DNA of 64,000 bases from an uncultured Gammaproteobacteria bacterium (GTDB lineage Bacteria; Patescibacteriota; Microgenomatia; Levybacterales; GWA1-39-11): contig CAYVKP010000001.1 in assembly GCA_964452165.1 (NCBI GenBank), forward strand, positions 554,729-618,728. Reading direction: 5' to 3'. Positions 19,788 through 33,117 of the stretch are shown here, piece after piece (position 1 is the stretch's first letter; each line of letters starts with the position of its first letter). The position numbers and the translations under genes were made by a program. The notes below the pieces were generated by a model. That model did no database searches. It was not told the origin of the DNA and worked only from the letters and a program-made list of their open reading frames with translations.

Positions 19788-20427
19788 AAATAAAAAATTC
19801 AATCCTACTGCTCTTGAAAAGCTAAATATAGACAGACAAACTGTCGAGTTTGTTCCGGAAGGAAGTAGGGTTCTTGATATAGGCTGTGCAACTGGCTTTA
19901 TGGGAGAGTATCTTAAAAAGAGGAAAAAGTGTTTTGTCATTGGGATAGAGCACGCAAAAGACGAAGCAAGTCAGGCATCAAAAGTCCTAGATGGTGTAAT
20001 TGAGGGAGATGTCGAGGACATAAAGACACTCAACAAAGTTAAACAAAAGTTTGATGTAATAATTGCATCGGCATTAATAGAGCATCTTAAGAATCCCAGA
20101 CAGTTTCTTAAAAATATTAAGAAGCTTCTTGTTCCTTCGGGTTTTGTTGTAGTCACGACCCCAAATATTGTTCATTGGTCTATTAGAAAAAAAATATTGA
20201 GCGGGAACTTTGAATACGAAGACTATGGAATCTTAGATAACACTCATTTAAAATTCTTTACGACCAAGACTTTTCCCCAGGTTTTTAGGGAAGCAGGGTA
20301 TATGATTGATAAGTTTTCAATAGACCCGGTTGGCGGCGGTTATCCAAGGTTAAGCTTGATCCTTTCAAAAATATTTCCCAACACGTTTGCTTACCAAATG
20401 TTGGTTAAAGCTACTCCCACGAAATGA
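19771..20427 (+). CDS. Class I SAM-dependent methyltransferase
   Basis: VLDIGCATG, FDVII..LIEHL, TTPNI, GILDNTHL. Confidence 0.88.
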   Translation: MLKYGKNKKFNPTALEKLNIDRQTVEFVPEGSRVLDIGCATGFMGEYLKKRKKCFVIGIEHAKDEASQASKVLDGVIEGDVEDIKTLNKVKQKFDVIIASALIEHLKNPRQFLKNIKKLLVPSGFVVVTTPNIVHWSIRKKILSGNFEYEDYGILDNTHLKFFTTKTFPQVFREAGYMIDKFSIDPVGGGYPRLSLILSKIFPNTFAYQMLVKATPTK

Positions 20428-21275
20428 AAGAAGATGTATCGATCTCCATAGTATCTTACAACACAAAGAAACTACTCGCCAGATGTCTTAGGTCTATTTA
20501 CCAAAAAACTAAAGGCATCAAATTCGAAATCATAGTCATTGACAACAACTCAAGCGATGGAAGCAGCAGTATGCTTAAAAAGGATTTCCCAAAAGTTAAG
20601 CTAATAGAGAACAAGCAAAATAATTTTTACGCTGGAGCTAACAATCAGGCCTTACAAATTGCCGGTGGAAAATATTTTCTGATTCTCAATGCAGATACGT
20701 TTTTTGTCGACAACTCAATTAAAAAAATAAACGATTACATGGAAAAAAACAGAAAGGTAGGAGCTGTTGAAGGACTTGAGATTTATACCAGCGGACAAAA
20801 CGTTGACACCGGATCACTATTTTCCACTCCAGAAATTGATTTCTATGAGCTAAGTCTAATTGGGAAAAGGCTTAGAAAACAAAAAATGGTCAGTGACTAC
20901 AGGATTTCGAATAAAGACAGAAGTGAAGACTTTGAGGTAGACGTGGGGTGCGACGCCTTTTTATGTGTAAGAACTGATATTTTGAAAAAGATTGGAGGAT
21001 ACGACAATAAACTTCGTTTGTTCTATACGGAAAATGATTTGTGTCTCCGTATCAAAAAATCGGGACACAAAATATTTCATTTAGGGAAAGCAAAAGTTAT
21101 ACATGAAGTATCGGCGTCAACAAAAAAAATAGGGTGGAGGAAATTGGATATATATTACAATGACATGCTTAGGTATTATGTGAAAAATGGATATCTACTT
21201 GGTGGTATTTTATTGTTTATTCTGCTAAAGCTTGAGGAGACTGTATTAAAGATTTTTAGGCCAAACATGGTTTGA
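20424..21275 (+). CDS. Glycosyltransferase family 2 (rhamnosyltransferase-like)
   Basis: IVSYNT, IDNNSSDGS, GANN, LNAD, ENDLCLR. Confidence 0.9.
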   Translation: MKEDVSISIVSYNTKKLLARCLRSIYQKTKGIKFEIIVIDNNSSDGSSSMLKKDFPKVKLIENKQNNFYAGANNQALQIAGGKYFLILNADTFFVDNSIKKINDYMEKNRKVGAVEGLEIYTSGQNVDTGSLFSTPEIDFYELSLIGKRLRKQKMVSDYRISNKDRSEDFEVDVGCDAFLCVRTDILKKIGGYDNKLRLFYTENDLCLRIKKSGHKIFHLGKAKVIHEVSASTKKIGWRKLDIYYNDMLRYYVKNGYLLGGILLFILLKLEETVLKIFRPNMV

Positions 21276-22687
21276 TGTCGAAGAAAAATATTCTCAAGCA
21301 ATTTCCAATAGTTTCTATAGTCGTTCTTGGTCTTTTTCTGAGAGTTGACAGAATAGATTCTCTCGCCGCCTTTATAGGAGATCAGGGTTGGTTTTTTTTA
21401 TCTGCCAGAGACATGATTTTGGGCAGGTCATTTCCCCTTGTCGGAATAACTTCAAGCCACACCTGGTTGCATCAGGGTCCTTTATGGACTTATATGTTGG
21501 CAATGGTTTTGAAAATATCTGGTTTCGCTCCTGTTGCCGGCACATTTCTAACATCAGCAATAGGAGTTATATCTATTTTTTTGGTTTATAAGATAGGGAG
21601 GGAATTCTTCTCTGAGAGGTTTGCACTTGTTGCTGCGGTTTTTTTCGCAACTTCTCCTCTCGTTGTTATTCACGATAGATTTGCTTATCACACAAGTCCA
21701 ATTCCGTTCGTTGTTCTTGTGTTGTTTTACAGCGTATTGAGGGTTCTTTCGGGCAAAATAAAATTCGCTCCAATAGCTGCCCTATCTATTGCGGTCCTTT
21801 ACAACCTCGAGCTTTCAACTGTGGTTTTCATTCCGGTTTTAGTTTTTTTGTTTGTCTATGGTATTTATAGAAAAGAAAACTGGACAAAAAAATTATTTGC
21901 TAATAAAACATATCTTGGTCTGACTATTCCGGCAGTTATTGTCCCTATGGCTCCAATATTGATATACGATACAGGTCATGGATTCCCTCAGACCTTAAAG
22001 TACGCCGGCTGGTTCGCCTTTCGTATGTTTGGCTTTCTGGGTTTGTATAAAATAGGTGGTTCGGCCGATACATTTCCCTCAGTGATCTCGTTCTTTTTGC
22101 AAAGATATCAGCTCCTATTTTTTGCATATAACCTTTGGTTATCACTTATTGTATTAGTAATAAGCGTATTATTTGTTGTTCGGGGAGGAATAAGAACCAT
22201 ATCAAAACCCATTGGGGTAACATTGTTATTCTTGATTATTCCGTTGATTGGTTTTATTCTCTCAAAAACTGCATCTGAGGCATACCTTCCCATGCTTTTT
22301 CCGGGTCTTATTCTTGCCTTATCTTACTTGATTAGTATGCTTCTGGAAACTAAATTTAAAGTCATAGTCTTTACCATTTTTATAGCACTTATAGTAGCGA
22401 ATGTTTATTTTATTAGAAGCCAAAATTATTTGGCAGGCAAACCGGGTGGTTTTGGCCCAGGAATTGGTGATAGGGTGAAAATTGCAAAAAGAATTATTAC
22501 GTTATCGGGCGGTCAGGATTTTAACATCAAGCTCAAGGGTCCGGGTAGTCAGTTTGCAAGTTCAACAATGAACTATGAATACTTAATTTGGTGGCTATCA
22601 AGAAAAGAGCCTAATAAAAACTCAAAGAATGTTTTTGTAATTTCGGAGAATAATAATAGCATAAAATTGAACACGCTACATCGATGA
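21272..22687 (+). CDS. GT-C membrane glycosyltransferase (ArnT/PMT-like)
   Basis: FLR..FIGDQGW, PLVG, HQGPLWTY; many TM segments. Confidence 0.75.
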   Translation: MMSKKNILKQFPIVSIVVLGLFLRVDRIDSLAAFIGDQGWFFLSARDMILGRSFPLVGITSSHTWLHQGPLWTYMLAMVLKISGFAPVAGTFLTSAIGVISIFLVYKIGREFFSERFALVAAVFFATSPLVVIHDRFAYHTSPIPFVVLVLFYSVLRVLSGKIKFAPIAALSIAVLYNLELSTVVFIPVLVFLFVYGIYRKENWTKKLFANKTYLGLTIPAVIVPMAPILIYDTGHGFPQTLKYAGWFAFRMFGFLGLYKIGGSADTFPSVISFFLQRYQLLFFAYNLWLSLIVLVISVLFVVRGGIRTISKPIGVTLLFLIIPLIGFILSKTASEAYLPMLFPGLILALSYLISMLLETKFKVIVFTIFIALIVANVYFIRSQNYLAGKPGGFGPGIGDRVKIAKRIITLSGGQDFNIKLKGPGSQFASSTMNYEYLIWWLSRKEPNKNSKNVFVISENNNSIKLNTLHR

Positions 22688-22712
22688 GATCACTACGTGA
22701 TAAAATATAAAA

Positions 22713-23465
22713 ATGAACAAGTTATCAGTTGTAATCTTGACTAAAAATGAAGAAAAAAATATCCTGGATTGCCTCGAAAGCATCGGCGAAGTAGATGAAA
22801 TTTTGATAATTGATGATTTTTCAACAGATAGGACCCGAGAAGTAATAAAATCTTTAAACAAGAAGAATGTAAAGATTATTGAGCACGCCGTCGACGGAGA
22901 TTTTGCGTCTCAGAGAAATTTTGCTTTAGCAAAGGCGAAAAATGATTGGACACTTTTTATAGACGCAGATGAAAGACTGACGGAAAATCTTAAGTCAGAG
23001 ATTGAGGGGCAAATAATAAATACGAGCGTAGACGGGTTTTATATAGCAAGAAAAGACGTTATGTGGGGTAAGGAGTTGAAACACGGAGATGCAGGAACTT
23101 CAAAACTATTGAGATTGGCAAAAAGAAACGGAGGGAAATGGGCGGGTCGCATTCATGAAGTCTGGAACGTTGAAGGGCAGGTAACAGTCTTAAAAAATGA
23201 GCTTCTTCATTATCCTCACCAAACCGTAAAGGAGTTTCTTGCGGAGATCAATTTCTACACGACAATAAGGGCGGATGAGCTATACGAGCAAAAAGTTAAA
23301 GTTTCCCTTATTGACGTTGTTCTCTATACTAAGGCAAAGTTCTTAGCCAACTATTTCCTTAAATTAGGAGTCTTGGACGGAATGCAAGGGCTAGTTGCAG
23401 CGTTTATGATGAGCATGCATTCTTTTCTTGTTCGTTCCAAGTTATGGTTAAGATACCAAAAGTAA
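22713..23465 (+). CDS. Glycosyltransferase family 2 (WaaE/KdtX-like)
   Basis: TKNEEKNI, DDFSTD, QRNFAL, FIDADE, RIHE, LDGMQG. Confidence 0.9.
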   Translation: MNKLSVVILTKNEEKNILDCLESIGEVDEILIIDDFSTDRTREVIKSLNKKNVKIIEHAVDGDFASQRNFALAKAKNDWTLFIDADERLTENLKSEIEGQIINTSVDGFYIARKDVMWGKELKHGDAGTSKLLRLAKRNGGKWAGRIHEVWNVEGQVTVLKNELLHYPHQTVKEFLAEINFYTTIRADELYEQKVKVSLIDVVLYTKAKFLANYFLKLGVLDGMQGLVAAFMMSMHSFLVRSKLWLRYQK

Positions 23466-23541
23466 TTGTCCTCCTTCTTTCGGCATTTTCAACAGCTGTA
23501 TTTGTAGATTATCTCCTTTTCCTAATTTGTAGAGTAAAAAT

Positions 23542-25083
23542 ATGTATGCCGTTGCCGTTTTAATAGGAATTTATTCATATTCCATATTTCTTCTAGGGAT
23601 TTTTGGGTTTTTAACTTTCAAGCCCATATTGTTTGTAACCTTATTGTTCTTTCTATCCATGTTCTACGTATCAACCAAAATTTCTTGGCAAGCTTTCCAC
23701 AAAGCCTCTGTAAGATGGCTTGTAGGAATCAAAAAATTCGAAGCCGTCATGTTAGTACTAATGCTCGCGCTTGTGGCGGTTAATTTTATTGGAGTTTTAG
23801 GTCCTGAATTGTCATTCGACGCTCTTTGGTATCACTTAACCTTTCCTAAGTTATATTTGGCCACTGGCTCGATCTTCCACATCCCAGGAGGTCTATTGTA
23901 TTACTCTGACATGCCAAAACTTGTCGAGATGCTTTATATTCCTGCGGTTTTGTTTGGGGGAGAGACCGTAGCCAAATTTGTTCATTTTGCTTTCGGGTTG
24001 GGGTCGGCTCTCGTTACTTATAAACTCGCGCGAAAGTTCGTCTCTGAAAGGTTGGCACTACTATCCTGTTTGGTATTCTATTCAAATCTGGTGATTGATT
24101 GGTTATCCATAACAGCCTATATAGATCTTGCTAGAACTTTCTTTGAGGTAACTGCAATGTATTACTTAATTGATTACATTCAAAAAAAGAAAACAAAGTC
24201 TGTAGTTATTTCGGGTGTCATTCTAGGATTGGCTGTGTGTACAAAAATTCTTTCTGCGGTTGATCTAGTTTCTTTTATTGGTTTAATTCTTTTGTTTACA
24301 AAATCTGTAAAAAACAGTTTGATATTTCTGCTCGTTACTTTACTTGTCCTCTTGCCGTGGTTGGTTTTCGCTTACTTGAATACAGGAAATCCATTCTATC
24401 CTTTTTTTAGCGATATATATAAAGTCGGTTTCGGCCTGAACTTATCAAATATCATCAACTTTATTCACAGTCCCGATCCGCTATCACCCATTTACTTAAT
24501 ATTCTTGCCCGTACTTTTTATTGTCTTCAAGAAAATGTCTGGTTTGGAAAAAATATTGGTCTTTTATTCAATCGGGTCTTTTCTAATATGGTTTGTTGTG
24601 CCTCAAAGTGGCGGAGGGAGATTTATAGCCCCTTATCTACCGGCCTTCTCAATTTTGGTAGTGGTAATATTAGCAAAAATAGAAAATAAATTGTTCGCAA
24701 AATACCTGACAGCATTAATTTTTGTTCTTGCCACTGTAAGTATTTTGTATAGAGGAGCCGCCAACTATAAGTATGTTCCCGTAATATTGGGTAAACAAAC
24801 TAAAAGTGAATTTCTATCCAATAACCTCAATTTTAAATTCGGCGATTTTTATGATGTAGACGGTTATTTCAAATCTCATCTTTCAAAAAATGATAGAGTG
24901 CTAACGATTGGAATTCACAATTTATATTATGTAGATTTCAATTTCATAGATGAATCCTGGGTTAAGCCGGGAGACTTCTATGATTATATTTTGACTCAAA
25001 ACGTTAGTTTACCAAGCAAATATAAAAATGTTCATTTGGTTTACGAAAATAATAAAACGGGTGTTAAACTATATAAAATATGA
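23542..25083 (+). CDS. GT-C-fold membrane glycosyltransferase-like protein
   Basis: FDALWYHL, AYIDL, TGNPFYPF, RFIAP; polytopic membrane protein. Confidence 0.7.
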   Translation: MYAVAVLIGIYSYSIFLLGIFGFLTFKPILFVTLLFFLSMFYVSTKISWQAFHKASVRWLVGIKKFEAVMLVLMLALVAVNFIGVLGPELSFDALWYHLTFPKLYLATGSIFHIPGGLLYYSDMPKLVEMLYIPAVLFGGETVAKFVHFAFGLGSALVTYKLARKFVSERLALLSCLVFYSNLVIDWLSITAYIDLARTFFEVTAMYYLIDYIQKKKTKSVVISGVILGLAVCTKILSAVDLVSFIGLILLFTKSVKNSLIFLLVTLLVLLPWLVFAYLNTGNPFYPFFSDIYKVGFGLNLSNIINFIHSPDPLSPIYLIFLPVLFIVFKKMSGLEKILVFYSIGSFLIWFVVPQSGGGRFIAPYLPAFSILVVVILAKIENKLFAKYLTALIFVLATVSILYRGAANYKYVPVILGKQTKSEFLSNNLNFKFGDFYDVDGYFKSHLSKNDRVLTIGIHNLYYVDFNFIDESWVKPGDFYDYILTQNVSLPSKYKNVHLVYENNKTGVKLYKI

Positions 25084-26276
25084 ACCTACTTCTTAGTTTA
25101 TTGATTTTCTCTTTACCTTTGGGGGTATTATCCAGGATTAATCTGTATCCAGATGTCTATTTTTACCTCCATGATGTATTTGCTTTGGCAATTTTTATGC
25201 TCTTTTTGGTTAGGGTATTCAAAAAGAAAATATCTTTTGGACCGAATAAAATGCTTAAGATGTATCTTGGTTTTGTTTTGATAGGATTTTTTGCGTTAGT
25301 AATTAACCTAAGATTTCTCAATCCTACTACGTTTTTGGTATCTATCTCCTATTTGCTTAGATACATAGCTTATTCCTCAATTATTTTTGTATTTACTAGC
25401 CAGGATTCAAAGTTATTCAAGAATTTGAACATTAAGCTGTTGATTGCCGGTTTGGTTTTCATAATTTTAGGATATGTTCAATTTTTCTTTTATCCAAATT
25501 TAAGAAATTTATACTATGCAGGGTGGGACGATCACCTATATAGGCTTTTCTCAACCATGCTTGATCCAAATTTTGCCGGTGTGTTTATAGCCCTAATTAC
25601 TATACTGGGTTTGGTAAACCTAATGGATAGTTTAAGTAAAAAAGATAAAATCGGAGCGTTAGTGCTTGGGACTTTCGATTTGCTATTGGTGATAGCAATT
25701 TACCTTACTCACTCTCGTAGTGCGATTATCTCTCTTCTGTTTGGTGTTGTAGCACTTCTTATTATGGAAAAGAAAATCAAAGCTATCTTCCCGCTAATTT
25801 TGGTAGTGGTGATTGGGTTTTTTCTATTCTCAAATTTCAAGACAGAGGGACTTAATCCTTTAAGAATTGCATCAGCAGAGGCAAGAATAGATTCGGCGAA
25901 CGAAGCAAAAGCCATTTTTATGAAGAATCCACTTTTGGGTGTTGGATTCAACTCTTATAGATATGCTCAAATAAGGTACGGTTTTAGGAAGACCTCAATC
26001 ATTCCCACAAATGCGGATGCGGGGACAGACAACAGCTATCTCTTTGTTTTGGTAACAACGGGAATTGTTGGTTTCTTCTTTTTTGCAAAGTTTATTATAG
26101 AAGTTTATGCGTCTCTTCGAGCACTATCAAAAAATAAAGAAATCTTGGTCAGAGCGGCACTGCCTTCATTTATAACGATATTGATAAGTTCGTTTTTTAT
26201 TAACGTTCTCTTTTATCCTTTAATTATCTCCTGGGTATTTGTCTTGATTGGAGTTACTGTGAGTAGGAGACGGTAA
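25080..26276 (+). CDS. O-antigen ligase/Wzy-family protein
   Basis: RLFSTMLDPNF, LTHSRSA, NPLLGVGFN, DNSYLFVLVTTGIVG. Confidence 0.85.
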   Translation: MNLLLSLLIFSLPLGVLSRINLYPDVYFYLHDVFALAIFMLFLVRVFKKKISFGPNKMLKMYLGFVLIGFFALVINLRFLNPTTFLVSISYLLRYIAYSSIIFVFTSQDSKLFKNLNIKLLIAGLVFIILGYVQFFFYPNLRNLYYAGWDDHLYRLFSTMLDPNFAGVFIALITILGLVNLMDSLSKKDKIGALVLGTFDLLLVIAIYLTHSRSAIISLLFGVVALLIMEKKIKAIFPLILVVVIGFFLFSNFKTEGLNPLRIASAEARIDSANEAKAIFMKNPLLGVGFNSYRYAQIRYGFRKTSIIPTNADAGTDNSYLFVLVTTGIVGFFFFAKFIIEVYASLRALSKNKEILVRAALPSFITILISSFFINVLFYPLIISWVFVLIGVTVSRRR

Positions 26277-26970
26277 GTTCTTTTGTGGTTGAATTTCCTG
26301 CAGGTCCCGTAGCAACTACTGTTATTTTGTTATCGCCGTTGTTAAGCTTAATTTGGTAAGAAAAGTTACCCTGGCTATCAACTATAGCAACGAATCCATT
26401 CACGCTCACAGCATTGTCGGAATCCGTTGTTCCCTTTACGGTTATCTCTTGGTCTGCCTTTGAAAAACTTTGATGATCTGAAGGATATGATACGTCAAGT
26501 TTTGGTGCGCTCTTAACGTAAGAAATTTTCTGTTCGTCTGAAAAATCGCTTTTCTTTTCTCCGATTAGAATCCTAGCCTTTACAAGATTGTCCCCCTCCG
26601 AAAGTCTAACTCCATCTGCCCTGAAGGTTTGAGAACTATCTATATTTACTTCTTTCCCAAGTGATCCATTAACATAGATCTGCGCTTTCCCTTCCTGGTA
26701 ATCTGCTCTACCGCTAACGCTTATTTGGGCGCTCGGCGTAGCATCAGGGAGAAGATCCAAAGTTGGAGGCTGGACTTGATCGCTTCCTTTAATTGCGGCC
26801 TGTTCAGAAGACTTACCTGTAATTTTATCTATCAGTGACCCTGTACTACTGAGAAGTGTTGGACCGATAGTGAAAGCAATAATTAAGACAACCGCAATTC
26901 CACCGAGGGACCAATAGAGTTGGCTTTTGCTTTGTTTGACAGTTCTTCTTGTTAATCTCGATTCGGCCAT
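26254..26970 (-). CDS. Membrane-anchored protein with two Ig-like beta-sandwich domains
   Basis: N-terminal TM; repeated ISVSG/ITVKG...VNG...LSEGDN/LNNGDN pattern. Confidence 0.7.
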   Translation of the reverse strand: MAESRLTRRTVKQSKSQLYWSLGGIAVVLIIAFTIGPTLLSSTGSLIDKITGKSSEQAAIKGSDQVQPPTLDLLPDATPSAQISVSGRADYQEGKAQIYVNGSLGKEVNIDSSQTFRADGVRLSEGDNLVKARILIGEKKSDFSDEQKISYVKSAPKLDVSYPSDHQSFSKADQEITVKGTTDSDNAVSVNGFVAIVDSQGNFSYQIKLNNGDNKITVVATGPAGNSTTKELTVSYSQ

Positions 26971-26974
26971 TTTA

Positions 26975-29618
<2,644 letters not shown>

Positions 29619-29619
<1 letters not shown>

Positions 29620-31154
29620 TATTTTAGAGTTTTAACAAAATTATTTAGCTCGTTTTTCAAATCTTTTTCTGTTTTTTCATCAAGTTTTTTACCATCGGAT
29701 AAATTTTCATAAAGTTTTTTGTTTTTAACCCTTATGTATGAGTGAACTTTTTCTTCAAATTGGCTGATCTTCTCAACTGGAAGCTCGTCTAACGCGCCAG
29801 AGGTTGCTGCAAATATGCTTATAAATTCCGATGCTTCATCATATGGAGCAAATTGTGGCTGTTTCAATATCTCAGCAACTCTTTTTCCAAGATCAAGTTG
29901 TTTTTGTGTTTGTTCGTCAAGGTCGCTTCCAAACTGAGCAAAAGCTGCAAGCGATCTATATTGAGCAAGATTAAGCCTTAAGGGACCTGAAACTTGTTTC
30001 ATCAGTTTAGTTTGAGCAGCTCCACCTACACGGGAAACTGAAAGTCCCACGTCAATTGCCGGACGAGTACCTGCATTAAATAAGTCGGTTTTAAGATATA
30101 TCTGTCCGTCGGTAATTGAGATAACATTCGTTGGAATATAGGCTGAAATATCATCTGCTTGTGTTTCAATTATGGGGAATGAGGTGATGGATCCTCCTCC
30201 CTCGCTTTCCGCTAGTCTTGCGGAGCGCTCTAAAAGTCTTGAGTGGAGGTAGAATATGTCCCCGGGATATGCCTCGCGTCCTGCGGGGCGGCGCAAAAGC
30301 AGGGAGATCTGGCGGTATGCCCATGCATGCTTTGTAAGGTCGTCATAAATTACGAGAACGTCATTTCCCTTCTCCATAAAGTATTCTGCAATTGCGGTTG
30401 CCGTAAATGGTGCAAGGTATTGAAGTGCGGGCGCATCTGAAGCCGATGCCGCAACAACAATGCTATAGTCCATCGCGCCTTTTTCCGTAAGAATTGCAAT
30501 GGTTCTGGCAATATTTCCTCTCTTTTGTCCAATGGGGCAATAAATACAGATTACTTGTTTTGCACCCAAATCTCGCTTTTTTTGATTCAAAATAGCATCT
30601 ACCGCGATCGCCGTTTTACCCGTATTTCGATCTCCGATTATCAATTCTCTCTGGCCTCGACCAATTGGAATCATTGAATCAATAGCTTTAATACCAGTTT
30701 TTAAGGGGGTATCGACCGGCTGGCGTTCAATAACGCCGGGAGCAATTTTCTCAAGCGGATAGAATTTACCGCTCATTTTGAGAGGTTTGCCGTCGAGAGG
30801 GGCCTCTAGAGGATCAACGACTCTCCCTATAAGATTTTCGGAGACATTAACACCAAGTATTAAACCGGTGGTTTTAACCTCCATATTCTCAGAAATCGAG
30901 TTGGTGTCTGAGAGTAAAATTACTGAAGCTTGGTCTTCATCTAAGTTAAATACCAATCCGCGAGTTTTGTCTTCAAATTCGACTTCTTCTCCAAAACCGG
31001 CGCCCGAGAGCCCTGAGACCGTTACAATTCCATCGGCAACCGATAAAACCTTGCCAACATTCTCAGCCTTTGGAACTATATCCATTTTGGACAGTTTTCC
31101 TTCGAGTTGCGATATAAAGTTTTGTATTTCCGAATTTTGGTTTTTGTTTGCCAT
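29619..31154 (-). CDS. atpA: ATP synthase alpha subunit
   Basis: GRGQRELIIGDRNTGKT, GREAYPGDIFY, SVSRVG. Confidence 0.99.
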
Positions 31155-31502
31155 TTAGTTTTTTAAATTATCAACCGTGTTATCAATGTAATTTTTGATA
31201 GATAAGTCCATAATTGTATCATTAATAATTGCCTTTATCCCAGGACCAAAATCATCATTTTGTTCAAACACTACATGCTTATTGGAAAATTTTTTCAGGA
31301 GAGCACTTTTGAAAGTAGCGTTTATGGGATCGCTAGAAACAATTCTTACCATATTTTTTTGTGCGATGGTTTTCAATAGTCTTATGTAGTAAATTAGTTC
31401 CTTCCTACTTAATTTATTGAGGACAAAGGTTGCTACTTTTTGATTTATCTTAGTCTCATCAATTGTTAGCTTTGCTAATTGTTTTATTTGATTTTTATTC
31501 AT
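31155..31502 (-). CDS. atpH: ATP synthase delta subunit (short form)
   Basis: Between atpF and atpA; C-terminal GIKAIINDTIMDLSI resembles the delta C-domain. Confidence 0.75.
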   Translation of the reverse strand: MNKNQIKQLAKLTIDETKINQKVATFVLNKLSRKELIYYIRLLKTIAQKNMVRIVSSDPINATFKSALLKKFSNKHVVFEQNDDFGPGIKAIINDTIMDLSIKNYIDNTVDNLKN

Positions 31503-31998
31503 ATTTTTCAAGTTTGCTTATGTTTCTCTGTATAATTCTTTCCTTCTCCTGTTTTGTAAACATCTCAGAAAGAATTTTATCAAGCATTCTCTTTGAGATT
31601 TCAAGAGCGGCATCGGCAGCTTCGGCTTTTGCTCGGTCAAGTGCATCTGCGGCGGTTGCCTTCCCTTCCTCAATTATCCTGTCGGCTTCTCTCTTTGCGA
31701 TTCCTGCCGCATCGGCTCTAATTTTGTCTGCTGCAGTTTTAGTTTCATCTATGATCTTTTCAGCTTCTAGGGTTGCCTTTTTTATAATCTCGTCTTTTTT
31801 TTCCTCGGCAGAAAGTAGCGCTTGATGAGCACTTTCAGCTTCTTCAAGTCCTTGAGATATTTTGTGCGCACGATCTTTTAAAGTCTTAAGTATCGGCTTG
31901 TACAAAAACTTTTTAAATACAAAAGCCAATATTAAGAAGTTTACAATCTGAGCGACAAACAATGCCGGTTCAAATCCGAAATCTTTAAATAGTTGCAT
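31495..31998 (-). CDS. atpF: ATP synthase subunit b
   Basis: AQIVNFLIL..FLYKPI...DR followed by a coiled coil. Confidence 0.95.
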   Translation of the reverse strand: MQLFKDFGFEPALFVAQIVNFLILAFVFKKFLYKPILKTLKDRAHKISQGLEEAESAHQALLSAEEKKDEIIKKATLEAEKIIDETKTAADKIRADAAGIAKREADRIIEEGKATAADALDRAKAEAADAALEISKRMLDKILSEMFTKQEKERIIQRNISKLEKYE

Positions 31999-32013
31999 AT
32001 TTAAACAAGATTA

Positions 32014-32235
<222 letters not shown>

Positions 32236-32324
32236 TTACTTTTTTCCCGAAAAGCATAGCTTTTGGGGGCCCCGTTTTTAAAAAAAAGAGGTTCATATTT
32301 AAATAATCTGGTAATTTTCATAAA

Positions 32325-33068
32325 TTAGTGTGCCTCTTCAGTATGAGGCGAAATCATAATTGTCATAAAAACCATTGTTAACATAGAAAAAACTAGCGCT
32401 TGAACAAGCGCAACGATTGATTCGAGAAGCAAAAAGGGAATGGGCGCGACAAATGCAAAGAGAGAAGAGATCGTTGACAATACTACTTCTCCCGCATAAA
32501 TATTACCAAAAAGTCTGAAAGAAAGCGAGATCATTTTTGTAACTTCAGAGACGAGCTCAAGTAGACCCACAAATAAAAGTATTGGATTAAGAGAGAAGAA
32601 TCTCCTTAGGTATCCTCCAAGTCCGTTGTATTTTATGCTCAGGACGTGTGTTGCCACAACGGAAATTACTGCGAGAGCCAAAGTGGTATTGAAATCACTG
32701 GTTGCAGCGCGAAGTAGCGGAATAAACACGGTTTTTCCCTCCTCTGCTCGGAAAAAACCAACTGATCCAAAGCCGGGTAGAAGACCAATTATATTTATGA
32801 AGAAAATAAAAAGAAAAAAACTGGCAAACCAAGGATAAATAGTGCTGGTGAATTTTCCGGCGATTTGTTCTGTCGTATCGTGAAAATATGAAACGGCGGT
32901 TTCGGCAATTGACTGAAGATATCCGGGGACTTTTGAGATTCTGCTCCTGATTAGAAAAACGAAGGAGACGAGAATCAGGTCTACTAAAATAGTAGCGATA
33001 ATTGTATTAGTGAACTTGAAATTTAAGGCACTAAAAATAACTTCAGGTGCGAGTGACACTTGGCCCAT
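32325..33068 (-). CDS. atpB: ATP synthase subunit a
   Basis: TSDFNTTLALA, SLSFRLFGNI, QALVF. Confidence 0.96.
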   Translation of the reverse strand: MGQVSLAPEVIFSALNFKFTNTIIATILVDLILVSFVFLIRSRISKVPGYLQSIAETAVSYFHDTTEQIAGKFTSTIYPWFASFFLFIFFINIIGLLPGFGSVGFFRAEEGKTVFIPLLRAATSDFNTTLALAVISVVATHVLSIKYNGLGGYLRRFFSLNPILLFVGLLELVSEVTKMISLSFRLFGNIYAGEVVLSTISSLFAFVAPIPFLLLESIVALVQALVFSMLTMVFMTIMISPHTEEAH

Positions 33069-33117
33069 AGGCGATACATATTATATGGAATAAGAAAAAC
33101 AGAGTCAATGGGATTTA

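Noticed and set aside
23444-23563. 39-aa hydrophobic ORF between two glycosyltransferase genes
   Set aside because: It overlaps both neighbours and has no motif; at most the remnant of a deleted gene
26254-26276. Switch of gene orientation suggesting the replication terminus
   Set aside because: Explained by two large convergent operons; skew cannot be judged here and no dif site was seen
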